From an uncultured Verrucomicrobiae bacterium (GTDB lineage: Bacteria > Verrucomicrobiota > Verrucomicrobiia > Chthoniobacterales > UBA10450), in assembly GCA_963735805.1 (NCBI GenBank), contig CAVTMK010000001.1, forward strand, positions 224,001-288,000: a stretch of DNA of 64,000 nt, given 5' to 3'. Below, piece after piece: positions 41,920 to 51,482 of this stretch. Each line of letters starts with the position of its first letter. Within the stretch, counting starts at the first letter, position 1. A program made the translations under genes and the position numbers. The notes below the pieces were generated by a model. That model searched no databases, had not been told where the DNA came from, and saw nothing but the letters and a program-made list of their open reading frames with translations.

Positions 41920-42991
41920 GGTCCTTCGCAGACTACACAGATTGTGTGAGATTGGTAGAACGCGACCATTGAGCGCGCTGCGATCGAGCGTGGTGCTTGC
42001 CCTGCTTTTTTTGCCTGCCTCGGCGCTGGCCGCTCCTCTGGTTCCTGTGAATCCCGGAACGACGTGGCGATACAGCATGACGGAGGAAGTTGGAAAAGGC
42101 CTGACTATTTCCAATTTGAAACCAGGCGCCGATGGGAAGGTTAGATTACCGGTGATCTATCGCCTTGATGGAATAGAGAACCTCGATGGGAGACAACTTC
42201 TCAAGTTCGAAATGCACCGAGCCGGTTCGATCACGAATACAGACCTTGTTACTGTCGACGAACACGGAATAACCTGTTGGGCGCGAATCAATCTGGACGG
42301 CGAGCTTATCAAGTTTAATCCGCCGCAGACAATGATTGCCGCACCGCTAAAGCAGGGCGCGAACTGGAATTTTGACGGTCAGGCCGGCGATTTAAAGGTG
42401 CATCAGCGGTACGACGTGAGTAATGAAGAAGATATTGAAGTTCCCGCCGGCGAATTTCATGCCTTTCATATTCGCGGGGAGCAAAGCTCACCCAGCCCGA
42501 TGACGATCGATCGCTGGTTCGTGCCCGGCACAGGAATTGTCAAAGATGTTACCACCATGCGCGCCGCGGACGGCGACTTGCTCGAGCGAATTTCCCTTGA
42601 ACTGACCGAGCGACCCAAAATCGAGAATAGGCCAGAGGTGAGGGCTGACACGGCGTCGAAAAGGGTGTCGGTGAGTTTCGCCGAAGATCAATTCGGGAAA
42701 GCAAGCTCAGTGTTTTCATCAGACACTCCCCAGATTTGCGTGCGATGGCAGGGACAGCGCCTGCGGAAGGGTGGAAAATTGAAGGCCGTCTGGGTGGCAG
42801 AGAACATCGGCGAAGATTTTCCGCCAGATTACAAGATCGATGAAGCTTCTGCGACCGTCGAAAGCCAAAATGCTCACGGAGTTTTCACACTGGCACGACC
42901 CGAAAATGGTTGGGCGGTCGGTGATTACCGCGTCGAATTTTACGTCGATGACGTTTTCGTAGACACGGCCAAGTTAAAGATCGTGCAGTAA
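41918..42991 (+). CDS. Secreted two-domain hypothetical protein (true start probably slightly downstream)
   Basis: Signal peptide; PGTTWRY...IEVPAGEF...WFVPGTGIVK domain and a C-terminal Ig-like GWAVGDYRVEFYVD. Confidence 0.7.
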   Translation: MVLRRLHRLCEIGRTRPLSALRSSVVLALLFLPASALAAPLVPVNPGTTWRYSMTEEVGKGLTISNLKPGADGKVRLPVIYRLDGIENLDGRQLLKFEMHRAGSITNTDLVTVDEHGITCWARINLDGELIKFNPPQTMIAAPLKQGANWNFDGQAGDLKVHQRYDVSNEEDIEVPAGEFHAFHIRGEQSSPSPMTIDRWFVPGTGIVKDVTTMRAADGDLLERISLELTERPKIENRPEVRADTASKRVSVSFAEDQFGKASSVFSSDTPQICVRWQGQRLRKGGKLKAVWVAENIGEDFPPDYKIDEASATVESQNAHGVFTLARPENGWAVGDYRVEFYVDDVFVDTAKLKIVQ

Positions 42992-43108
42992 AAGCGATGC
43001 GGACAACCTGTCTGCGATTGTGGTGTACTTTGATTGCCTGGCATCATAGGTTTTTCTTGAATCCAAAGTCACCGCTTGGTTCATCGTAACAATAGAAAGC
43101 ACATTTTC

Positions 43109-43753
43109 ATGAAGAAGATCACGATTGTATTTCTAACTGTTTGCGTCGCTTTGGCCTTCGGATGCCGATGGGTTGGAATTCGAGGCAATGGCCATCTCAA
43201 AACAGATGACCGAACCGTTGACGCCTTCACTGAGATAGACACGGGTGGAGCATTCGAAATCGAATGGCAAGGAGGATCCCCCGCCCTTCACATCACGACC
43301 GACGAAAATCTTCTTTCTTATGTCAAAAGTGATGTTTCGGGCGACACGCTTCGTTTGCGCACACACGAGCAAATTTGGCCAACACATGGAATCAAGGTCG
43401 TAATTTCCAGCCCAACAAGGGCAGGCGCCAGGATACGAGGCGCTGTCAAGCTCACTGCAAAACAGCTGACCGGACCCAGGTTTGCTCTCGAAGCCAGCGG
43501 TGCATCACGTGTTTCGCTTGATGGAAAAATCGACGAACTCCTTGCCGATATGACCGGCGCGAGCGACCTTGAGGCGGGCGGGCTTCAAACAAAAATCGCC
43601 GAAATCTCCACGACAGGCGCCGGGGACGCAGAAATCGCAGTCGCCGAAACGCTAAAAGTCTCCATTACCGGCGCGGGAAAAGTCAGCTATTCTGGTAATC
43701 CCACGATTGAAAAGCACATCACGGGCGCTGGCTCAGTCCGTCGCAAGGAATAA
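43109..43753 (+). CDS. Head GIN domain (DUF2807) lipoprotein
   Basis: LAFGC lipobox; IRGNG, repeated xGAG/S beta-roll, YSGNP. Confidence 0.85.
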   Translation: MKKITIVFLTVCVALAFGCRWVGIRGNGHLKTDDRTVDAFTEIDTGGAFEIEWQGGSPALHITTDENLLSYVKSDVSGDTLRLRTHEQIWPTHGIKVVISSPTRAGARIRGAVKLTAKQLTGPRFALEASGASRVSLDGKIDELLADMTGASDLEAGGLQTKIAEISTTGAGDAEIAVAETLKVSITGAGKVSYSGNPTIEKHITGAGSVRRKE

Positions 43754-43926
43754 GGCATTCAGTCCTTCTCGCGACGTGCCCCATTTTTGACGCAAGATCC
43801 TTGTTCATTTGTAGGAAGTCCCGTGTCGGCTGTTTTGTTGAAGAAACGCAGGCGGCAAACCTCTTACCATAGAGTGGGGAAACGGATAGTTTGCGACCGT
43901 TACATATCGCTACAAAATATTCCACG

Positions 43927-44733
43927 GTGGAAAACTTTATCTGCGTTCAATGCGGAACCCAGTTTGATGAAAGCGCACAGTCGCCAGCCTCCTGTCCCAT
44001 TTGCGAAGATGAACGGCAATTTGTGCGTCACGAAGGCCAGGCGTGGACGACGCTTAAACGCATGGCGGCTCGGTATCGGAACCGCTTGGAAGATGAGGCG
44101 CCGCACCTTGTAGGAATCGGGACCGAGCCGGAATTTGGCATTGGTCAGCGCGCTTTGCTTTTGCGATCACCAGACGGAAATCTGCTTTGGGATTGCGTCA
44201 CCTTCCTCGATGAAAAAACCATAGAAACAATCAAGGCGCGCGGCGGCATTCGCGCCATTGCAATTTCCCACCCCCATTATTATTCGGCGATGGTGGCATG
44301 GGCTGAGCACTTCGATGCGCAAATCTTCCTCCATGCCAAGGATCGCCAGTGGGTGATGCGTAAAAGTCCGCGTATTCAATTCTGGGAAGAAACGATGTTG
44401 CCACTTTGGGATGACCTGATGTTGATCAATTGCGGTGGACACTTCGAGGGCGGCACTGTCTTGCACTGGCCAGCAGGCGCAAATGGAAAAGGGGCGCTGC
44501 TGACTGGCGACATCATTCAAGTCGTGCAAGATCGCGGGTATGTGAGTTTCATGCGGAGTTATCCGAATCTGATTCCGCTAGGACCTCCTGCAATCCATGA
44601 AATCCTTGAAAGAATCGAAGGGTTCCCATTCGAACAAATTTACGGTGCATGGTGGGGGGCGAACGTGCTATCGGATGCGAAACGGGCTGTTGTGCGATCC
44701 GCGAAGCGTTACCTGCGCTGGATCGGTTCATAA
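43927..44733 (+). CDS. MBL-fold metallo-hydrolase
   Basis: ICVQCGTQ, CPICEDERQ, ISHPHYY, GGHFEG and SFMRSYPN motifs. Confidence 0.9.
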   Translation: MENFICVQCGTQFDESAQSPASCPICEDERQFVRHEGQAWTTLKRMAARYRNRLEDEAPHLVGIGTEPEFGIGQRALLLRSPDGNLLWDCVTFLDEKTIETIKARGGIRAIAISHPHYYSAMVAWAEHFDAQIFLHAKDRQWVMRKSPRIQFWEETMLPLWDDLMLINCGGHFEGGTVLHWPAGANGKGALLTGDIIQVVQDRGYVSFMRSYPNLIPLGPPAIHEILERIEGFPFEQIYGAWWGANVLSDAKRAVVRSAKRYLRWIGS

Positions 44734-44892
44734 AAGCGCAAGCGTACGGCCAGCATTCAAAAAGGCCACGAGCACACGCAACCACTCTTAAAGTTCGCCC
44801 TCGGACGGAACTAGTCCCATGGCGTCGCGAAACAAAATGGCGTCTAAATTGGACTTGGAGCTTCCCGGCATCGCTTTGAATTTCCAGATGTC

Positions 44893-45606
44893 CTAGGAAC
44901 GGGCGATTTGATCAACAATCCGCGGCAATGCTGCCGCCGCTGGCTCACGCACCAATTGTGTCGCAAATTGGGAGAGGGGTGTTTCCTCGGGATTTACCTC
45001 GATGAGCCTGCCACCGCGATGGCTAGCGCGCAGCGCCCAATCAATGATGTATCCGAACGTCGCCGTTGTTCCCGCCACAATCACAACGCCGCAGGAATCG
45101 CGCTGTAAATAGTTCTCAACGCGTTCCGTTTCCTGCAAAGGCAAAGGCTCGCCGAACCAAACCACTCCAGGCCGCATGAACGCGTCACATCGCGGACACC
45201 TTGGGAGTGTTCCGCCGTCGCGCTCGTGATCGTGATCGTGCTCCTGCTCGAAACTACACCGGGAACATCGCGTCTTGAAAATGTCTCCATGAATTTGCAC
45301 CATCTCGGCCCTGGTGACACCAGCGCGCTCGTGGAGATCGTCGACGTTCTGTGTGACGAGCAGAAATTCATCGGCACGTTGCGCCAGTTTCGCTATCGCT
45401 TCATGGGCTGGATTGGGTCGGGCGTTGCAAATACCCCGGCGCCGCTCGCGATACCATTGCCAAACCAGGTCCGGATCGCGGGCGAAAGCTTCCGGTGTCG
45501 CCAACTTTATCGGATCCAGATTGCGCCAGTAGCCATCTTTGCCGCGAAAGGTTGGAATTCCGCTTTCAGCCGAAACACCGGCACCTGTGACAACGAGAAC
45601 ACGCAT
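44893..45606 (-). CDS. cobB: NAD-dependent protein deacylase (sirtuin)
   Basis: TGAGVSAESGIPTFRG, TQNVDDLHERAG, HG and RPGVVWFGE motifs. Confidence 0.93.
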   Translation of the reverse strand: MRVLVVTGAGVSAESGIPTFRGKDGYWRNLDPIKLATPEAFARDPDLVWQWYRERRRGICNARPNPAHEAIAKLAQRADEFLLVTQNVDDLHERAGVTRAEMVQIHGDIFKTRCSRCSFEQEHDHDHERDGGTLPRCPRCDAFMRPGVVWFGEPLPLQETERVENYLQRDSCGVVIVAGTTATFGYIIDWALRASHRGGRLIEVNPEETPLSQFATQLVREPAAAALPRIVDQIARS

Positions 45607-45717
45607 GACCTAAGATCGATCAGCAGTCGCGAATTCCAAGTCAGCTGCCACGGAATATTCCCGTCGCTCGGACAGTTAATGTTGCCACCGCCGTGTCGGC
45701 TTTGCCAGACTCGCTCC

Positions 45718-46956
45718 ATGAATGACCATGAAATTGAATCTGGCGCTATCCGTGAAATTGAACCTGAAGTACGGACATTATTTACGAAGCTGGTCGAACG
45801 CGACCCGCGGGAGGCAGCCAAGATGCTCGAGCCATATCCGGACGAGTTTGTTGTCCAAATGCTGGAACTGCTAAATCCGGGATCGGCACTCAAGATACTC
45901 CAACGCTTCAATCCCTCACGACGCCAAACGATTTTGGCCACAGCCTCCCCCGAAACCAATAAGCAATGGATGCGGAATCAAACGTATCCCGAGCGGACGA
46001 TCGGACGATTAATGCAACCGCCATTGGCAGTTTTCCGTCCACAGACAACAATTGCCGAAGCGACCGAACAAATTCGGCGACTCGCCAGGAAAGCGATTAT
46101 TACCTACGGCTTTGTCACAGACGAACAGGAGAAACTCCTTGGAGTTGTCGTGATGCGAGACATGCTCCTGGCGCAAAGCAGTCAGCGCCTCGAGGAAATC
46201 ATGCTCACGAATCCGTTTTACCTCACGCCAGAGATGTCACTCCCCGACGCGATGAGAGCGGTACTTGTTCGACATTATCCCGTTTATCCAGTCTGCGAAA
46301 AAACGGGACGGCTCGTCGGCCTATTGCGTGGCCAGATGCTGTTTGAGGCTGAGGCAATTGAATTAAGCGCGCAACCGGGCGAAATGGTCGGCGTAGAAAG
46401 CGAAGAGCGTCTTACTACGCCATGGCTGCGCAGCCTGAAATTTCGACACCCCTGGCTTCAGGTAAATTTATTCTGCGGATTACTTGCTGCGGTTGTGGTG
46501 GGATGTTTTCAGGAAACGATCGACCGAATCATTGCGTTGGCAGTATTTCTACCGGTCCTCATCGGACAGGCAGCAAACACCGGAGTGCAGGCACTGGCAG
46601 TATGTTTGCGCGGGATGACCCTGGGCGATTTACGGTCGGGCAGACACCGGACGCTCCTGATCAAAGAGATGTTGCTAGGAACATTCAACGGAGCCCTGAC
46701 CGGTGTCACAGGCGGAGTCGCGATGTACATCTTCGCAACAATGGTGAAAAGCCACCTGGCACCGATGCTAAGTCTTGTCGTGTTCCTCGCTATTACCATC
46801 AGCTGCTGCTTTAGCGGGATCGCTGGCGCGATGGTGCCCTTGGCTCTTAAGAAATTTGGTGCTGATCCGGCAACGGCATCCAGCATTGTCGTCACCACTT
46901 TCACAGATGTTGGTTGTCTCCTCGTTTTTCTTGGACTAGCTGCCTTACTGATCTAA
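45718..46956 (+). CDS. mgtE: Magnesium transporter MgtE
   Basis: CBS pair, RHPWL, ANTGVQ and DPATASSIVVTTFTD motifs. Confidence 0.9.
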   Translation: MNDHEIESGAIREIEPEVRTLFTKLVERDPREAAKMLEPYPDEFVVQMLELLNPGSALKILQRFNPSRRQTILATASPETNKQWMRNQTYPERTIGRLMQPPLAVFRPQTTIAEATEQIRRLARKAIITYGFVTDEQEKLLGVVVMRDMLLAQSSQRLEEIMLTNPFYLTPEMSLPDAMRAVLVRHYPVYPVCEKTGRLVGLLRGQMLFEAEAIELSAQPGEMVGVESEERLTTPWLRSLKFRHPWLQVNLFCGLLAAVVVGCFQETIDRIIALAVFLPVLIGQAANTGVQALAVCLRGMTLGDLRSGRHRTLLIKEMLLGTFNGALTGVTGGVAMYIFATMVKSHLAPMLSLVVFLAITISCCFSGIAGAMVPLALKKFGADPATASSIVVTTFTDVGCLLVFLGLAALLI

Positions 46957-47021
46957 GCAGACACGATCGCTGCTCGAAAAAGATCGCCTTATTGCCAATG
47001 CAGGATTATCACTCGGTTTCC

Positions 47022-47465
47022 ATGCGAAAATATACCTTTAGCCTGACGATCCTAACTCTCATCATGTCGTGTGCGCTTGCGTTCAGTGCATCTGATACTC
47101 CAGAAACCCGACGTCGAGAAGCCGAGCGCTATCTACAAGCTACCCCACCCAAAGCGTTGTTCGAAGACATGGCCGACAAGATGGCTGCGAACCTTCCCTC
47201 TGACCAACGCGATCAATTCAAGAAATTAATGACTTCGCAGCTCGACATCGCCGCACTGACGAAAGCGATGATTGACGCCATGGTGAAACATTTCACCACT
47301 GAAGAATTGAAGGCATTGGCAGATTTTTATGGTTCTCCGGTTGGGAAATCCGCGATGCAAAAGTTCGGTGCTTATATGGCGGACATCATGCCGACGATGG
47401 AAGCCGAGATCATGAAAGCGCAGGCGAAGATGAATCAGTCGCTACCCAATTCATCACCGAAGTAG
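47022..47465 (+). CDS. DUF2059 domain protein
   Basis: Signal peptide; HFTTEELKALADFYGSPVGK. Confidence 0.85.
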   Translation: MRKYTFSLTILTLIMSCALAFSASDTPETRRREAERYLQATPPKALFEDMADKMAANLPSDQRDQFKKLMTSQLDIAALTKAMIDAMVKHFTTEELKALADFYGSPVGKSAMQKFGAYMADIMPTMEAEIMKAQAKMNQSLPNSSPK

Positions 47466-47612
47466 ATCAGACCATTTGAAGTAGGCCGCGTCGGCCATGG
47501 CGAACCCGTTGACTCGCCATTTCGCCGAGGGACGCGCCGTAAAGGATTTTGTGCAAGCTCACGGCGCGAACCCCGGCGCGTCCTGGATTTTCTTGATTGA
47601 TCTGTGCTCGCT

Positions 47613-49898
47613 CTAATGCCGACGTCGATAGTTAATCGACCAGTTTTGCTGCTGAACGTTCGGAACCGGCGTGCCGGTTGCTGCGTCGTAGATGGAACGC
47701 GAGAAGAAAATCACTTGGTTCCCAGTGTTGTCCGGATCAAAGAATGGATCGCCCGGAGGCACGGGGATATCGAATTCCTCATCGCCTGAAGTAGTCAGAT
47801 CGAGATCGTGATCAATGAATTGGCCCCAGCCGTAAGTCCAATCCGAAAGATTGCGTGCGTCGGGCAGGCTTTGGTCGCCTTGATCGACAACGCTGTTACT
47901 AATGAAACGCGCACTGGGACGGGTCGCGCCCGCCGGCGACGACAATGAATCGCCATAGGCGGCCGAGACGAACCGCATGAGGTCCGAGCCCGCTGCGCCC
48001 CAGAACCGATGCGAGTTATTGTTTCCTACCCCGTCGATTGGCGCCGGATTGAATTGGGTGACATGGGCGCCGATCAACGCCGGAGGAAGAAATCCCGGCC
48101 GTGGCTGCAATCCTTGCAGCGTTGTGTCATCAAAGAAGAAAACGTTGTCCTGAATCTTCGTGAGGACGGTGTTGCGCCGAATGATGTCGGAAAGCCGCGT
48201 TTGCTGGAGCGCCTGCAGTTGTGTGCCGAAAAAAACTCGCTGATACCAGAAGCGGTCTCCGTCACGAACACGCTCGAATTGGTTCGCGATAATTCTCCGG
48301 AAGGTAGGACCGACGCTGCCGCCGGGAACATGATCTTCGGCAAGGCCGCCGATCCAAAGATCGATCGAATCGACATTTCCATAAAGCTGGAACAACTTCG
48401 CCTGAAGATCGGGATCGCTCGTAATCTGACTGAAATTCGTGACGCGCGGCAGCCCAAATGCGGCGCGCGTGCTGTTATAGTCCGCAAGCCCATGGTCGCG
48501 GCCGCGCTGAATATTCAGGGAGGCTAGATCAAAACCACCCGCGCCAGGAGGCCCAAACAAGAAATTACGCAGGTCGCCAACTATTTTTGTATCAACCGCC
48601 TGGGCATTGTCGGTTGCGAGATATTTGAGGATCGGGTCCGGACCGGTTTCCTTCAGCGGATCAGGATTAAAGAACGCGTCATCCAGATCAAGCTCTTCGC
48701 GGATGGGATTGCCTTCGTTGTCTAGAAACTCGACATCGTCATTGACGAGCGTATGGCCAATACGATAAGCCGCAGTCGAGAACTCAGTCGCGATTCCGGA
48801 ATTCACGTTATCCTTATACCCAGAATATGCCCGCAAGGCGTTCGGTCCGAGCAGCGCCGGAAGAAACTCGCGATAAGTAATCACCTGCAGTTCGCCGGCG
48901 ACGATTCGTCGCGTCATTTGGAAAATCTTTTCGTCGTTTAACGAATGATTGGCCGCGGCGATAGCGGCGGCTATTTGATTGTGTTCCCGCACAAACAGCG
49001 CCTGAATGGCGGTCAGTTCGACATTCTCGTTCGACCGCACATCTCCGCACAAAAACAATTCGTTATCGGGAACTCGATGCGCGTCGTTTGCGTTTGGCAG
49101 GCCGTTAACGTTGAGCGGAGGCAGATTGCCAGTACTCGTTTTCAGAGCTCCGCCTTGAAACGTGCGCAGGGCAGCAGTACGTCCCGCGTCGGAACCATAA
49201 ACAACCGAACCATCAAGATACGCCGTAATCTGACTGACTTGTTGCCGTGGATTCGACTCACTCGCCCGCAATTGAAAGCTATTGGTTCCCTGGTGCAGGT
49301 TCACTGGGACACTAAAGTTTCCTGCCAAATCCAGCGGCACTGGCGAACCGTTTATCGAAAAGGAAATCATCCATGGCGCACAAATGTCGTCCGTAACCGT
49401 GCCCCGCAAAACAATGCTTTGCGAAGTGACCGTGCTTCCGTTCGGTGGGTTCAGATTGGCGAACTCACCCGAAGTATTCTCCGTATTCGGGCTCCGGATT
49501 TCTTGAACACTCGAATTGATTCTCGGCCCGGCTGCCTGCCCGTTGCGATTGCGAATTTGCCGCTCCGCCACCCAGCCATCCAAGCCATCGTCAAACCGGA
49601 CCTTCCACCACCAAACATCAGCAGAGCGCACGGGACCTTCTGTGATTGCGCCTTGAAGCCCGACCGGTTCAGTCGTGATGAACTGGCCGGCGAATGGCGG
49701 CGCTAAAAATATTGCGCTTTGACTAATTGTCCGCACTTGTTCGCCGATGTAAAACGGCGAGGCGGCGGCAGCACCCTGGCTTCGTCCGTTGATCCCGCAA
49801 CAGATCAGAACTAACAGCAGGGAGGCATACCAGTGCCTGAACCGAATGAACGTGATGTTTTCAAAGAACCAAATGAGGTTGAGAGTATTGGTTTTCAT
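47613..49898 (-). CDS. Secreted animal-type heme peroxidase (peroxidase-cyclooxygenase superfamily), circularly permuted, with SH3-like and Ig-like domains
   Basis: ITAYLDGSVVYGS, GDVRSNEN, FVREHN, AYRIGH, NIQRGRDHG, DLWIGGLAE and RDGDRFWY are present; IDGVGNN and WGQFIDHD occur at the C-terminus. Confidence 0.9.
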   Translation of the reverse strand: MKTNTLNLIWFFENITFIRFRHWYASLLLVLICCGINGRSQGAAAASPFYIGEQVRTISQSAIFLAPPFAGQFITTEPVGLQGAITEGPVRSADVWWWKVRFDDGLDGWVAERQIRNRNGQAAGPRINSSVQEIRSPNTENTSGEFANLNPPNGSTVTSQSIVLRGTVTDDICAPWMISFSINGSPVPLDLAGNFSVPVNLHQGTNSFQLRASESNPRQQVSQITAYLDGSVVYGSDAGRTAALRTFQGGALKTSTGNLPPLNVNGLPNANDAHRVPDNELFLCGDVRSNENVELTAIQALFVREHNQIAAAIAAANHSLNDEKIFQMTRRIVAGELQVITYREFLPALLGPNALRAYSGYKDNVNSGIATEFSTAAYRIGHTLVNDDVEFLDNEGNPIREELDLDDAFFNPDPLKETGPDPILKYLATDNAQAVDTKIVGDLRNFLFGPPGAGGFDLASLNIQRGRDHGLADYNSTRAAFGLPRVTNFSQITSDPDLQAKLFQLYGNVDSIDLWIGGLAEDHVPGGSVGPTFRRIIANQFERVRDGDRFWYQRVFFGTQLQALQQTRLSDIIRRNTVLTKIQDNVFFFDDTTLQGLQPRPGFLPPALIGAHVTQFNPAPIDGVGNNNSHRFWGAAGSDLMRFVSAAYGDSLSSPAGATRPSARFISNSVVDQGDQSLPDARNLSDWTYGWGQFIDHDLDLTTSGDEEFDIPVPPGDPFFDPDNTGNQVIFFSRSIYDAATGTPVPNVQQQNWSINYRRRH

Positions 49899-49944
49899 TA
49901 TTATCGCTACGTATCAGCCATCCCTGCGCGACCCAAAGAACTTT

Positions 49945-50096
49945 GGGATAAAGCCGTCGGATTTTGTGATGAAGCGGTTTATGGACGTTATCGAGGCATT
50001 CCGGCGACCGCGGATCTGATTTTTACGTCGCTGCGTTGATAGGACCTACACAGGTTCTTTCACCCACTTCGTCACGCTAACGAGCCGCTTCGTCAC
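49945..50096. promoter_or_regulatory. Two pairs of LytTR-type direct repeats
   Basis: CTTCGTCAC at 50067 and 50088 (+); CTTCATCAC (49974-49966) and CTTTATCCC (49953-49945) on (-). Each pair is 9 bp with a 12-bp spacer. Confidence 0.7.
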
Positions 50097-50193
50097 AACC
50101 TTATTGCGATTTCCCCTCTTGCAGTCCGCTATTTTCTCATAAGGTGGCGGGATTCGAGAACAACAGCCTCCGCAGATTTGTCTGATAAACCAA

Positions 50194-51288
50194 GTGATAA
50201 AATTCTTTCGACCCATTCGGCCCTTGGTTTGCGGCTGGTTTCTCTCTTTCGCCGGCTGGGGTTTGGTCGCGTTTGTTCTCGGAGTAAACTTTGTCGGCAG
50301 CACAGATATTCCATGGACTCGCGCGCTTCACGCGGCGATTCGCGATCAATTGCCATGGGCAGTGCTGACTCCGTTGATCTTCCGATTCGCCACGCGCCAC
50401 CTGATCGATCATGCGAACTGGAAAAGGAATCTAGTACTGCAATTGATGACCGGCATCGTGGTGATCTGGGGAATCCACCAATGGAAACTTCTCATCGACC
50501 CGAATGGACCAGGCCCACACCATCGGCGGCCCATCTCTGCAAGAGATTTCGGCGGATCCGCAGGTCCGCAATTGGCAGCGCCACCGCCAGCCTGGGATTT
50601 TTTCCACTTCGCGAGTGTCGAAATTCCAATTTACCTCATGATCATTAGCGCCGCCCACACCTTGCATTTTTATCGGCGCGCCGAAATGCGATCCGGCCAG
50701 CTCGCCCGCGCGCGATTACACGCGCTGCAAACGCAGATTCATCCGCATTTTCTTTTTAATACGTTAAACACCATCGCGGGACTCATTCACAAGGCTCCGG
50801 ACAAAGCCGAGGTCGTCGTGCAGATGCTTGGCGATTTATTGCACTTCCTGCTAAGGGCGAATCCCGAGTCGGAGGTTCCATTGGAACGGGAAATTGAGTT
50901 CGTCGAAAAATATCTCGCCATCATGCACGTCCGCTTTGATAATCGCGTCCGGTACGAGTTCCAGATCGCGCCCGAGACTCTGGCCGCATCCGTTCCTGCC
51001 TTGCTTCTCCAGCCGATTGTCGAGAACGCAATCAAGCACGGTCTCGAACCCAAGCCGCGGGGTGGCAAGATCACCATCCAAGCGCAGCGCGACATGAGTT
51101 TTCTTCACCTTCGAGTCTCGGACACCGGTGTGGGCATCCGCAATTTGGAGAACGTCGAAGAGGGCATCGGTCTGACCAGCACGCGCGCGCGATTGCAGGA
51201 ATTGTATGGCGATGCCGCTTCGCTGGAGATTTTCAGTGACGGCGGGACCACTGTGTTAATCGAGATTCCATTTCGCCTGACCGCATGA
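50194..51288 (+). CDS. LytS/YehU-type sensor histidine kinase
   Basis: N-terminal TMs; LQTQIHPHFLFNTLNTI, LLQPIVENAIKHG, DTGVG and GIGL motifs. Confidence 0.95.
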   Translation: MIKFFRPIRPLVCGWFLSFAGWGLVAFVLGVNFVGSTDIPWTRALHAAIRDQLPWAVLTPLIFRFATRHLIDHANWKRNLVLQLMTGIVVIWGIHQWKLLIDPNGPGPHHRRPISARDFGGSAGPQLAAPPPAWDFFHFASVEIPIYLMIISAAHTLHFYRRAEMRSGQLARARLHALQTQIHPHFLFNTLNTIAGLIHKAPDKAEVVVQMLGDLLHFLLRANPESEVPLEREIEFVEKYLAIMHVRFDNRVRYEFQIAPETLAASVPALLLQPIVENAIKHGLEPKPRGGKITIQAQRDMSFLHLRVSDTGVGIRNLENVEEGIGLTSTRARLQELYGDAASLEIFSDGGTTVLIEIPFRLTA

Positions 51289-51482
51289 GACTCGCCTCGC
51301 CTGCGAACGTTTTCAGAGGTCGAATTGAAAAAAGATTTCACGTGAACACTGTTGAAATCATTGTTCCGATACTTAAGGTTCGCTGATCGTCGATTGTCAG
51401 CATATGCTGACATGGGCGTCGTCGAGTCCCGGTCGGTGCGCCATATAGTCGTAAAATCAGTGCGGGCGAATAGGGAGGAACA

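Noticed and set aside
41920..42114. Head-to-head overlap of the phosphatase and the hypothetical gene
   Set aside because: Both ORF-track starts are probably over-extended; the signal peptides point to later starts.
44893..45606. Sirtuin as a SIR2 anti-phage effector (also HerA at the window start)
   Set aside because: It is a canonical CobB-type deacylase. The HerA-like gene is DUF853-type and 44 kb away.
45226..45717. 164-aa N-terminal extension of MgtE in the ORF track
   Set aside because: It overlaps cobB on the opposite strand. ATG 45718, with a promoter-like sequence just upstream, is the plausible start.
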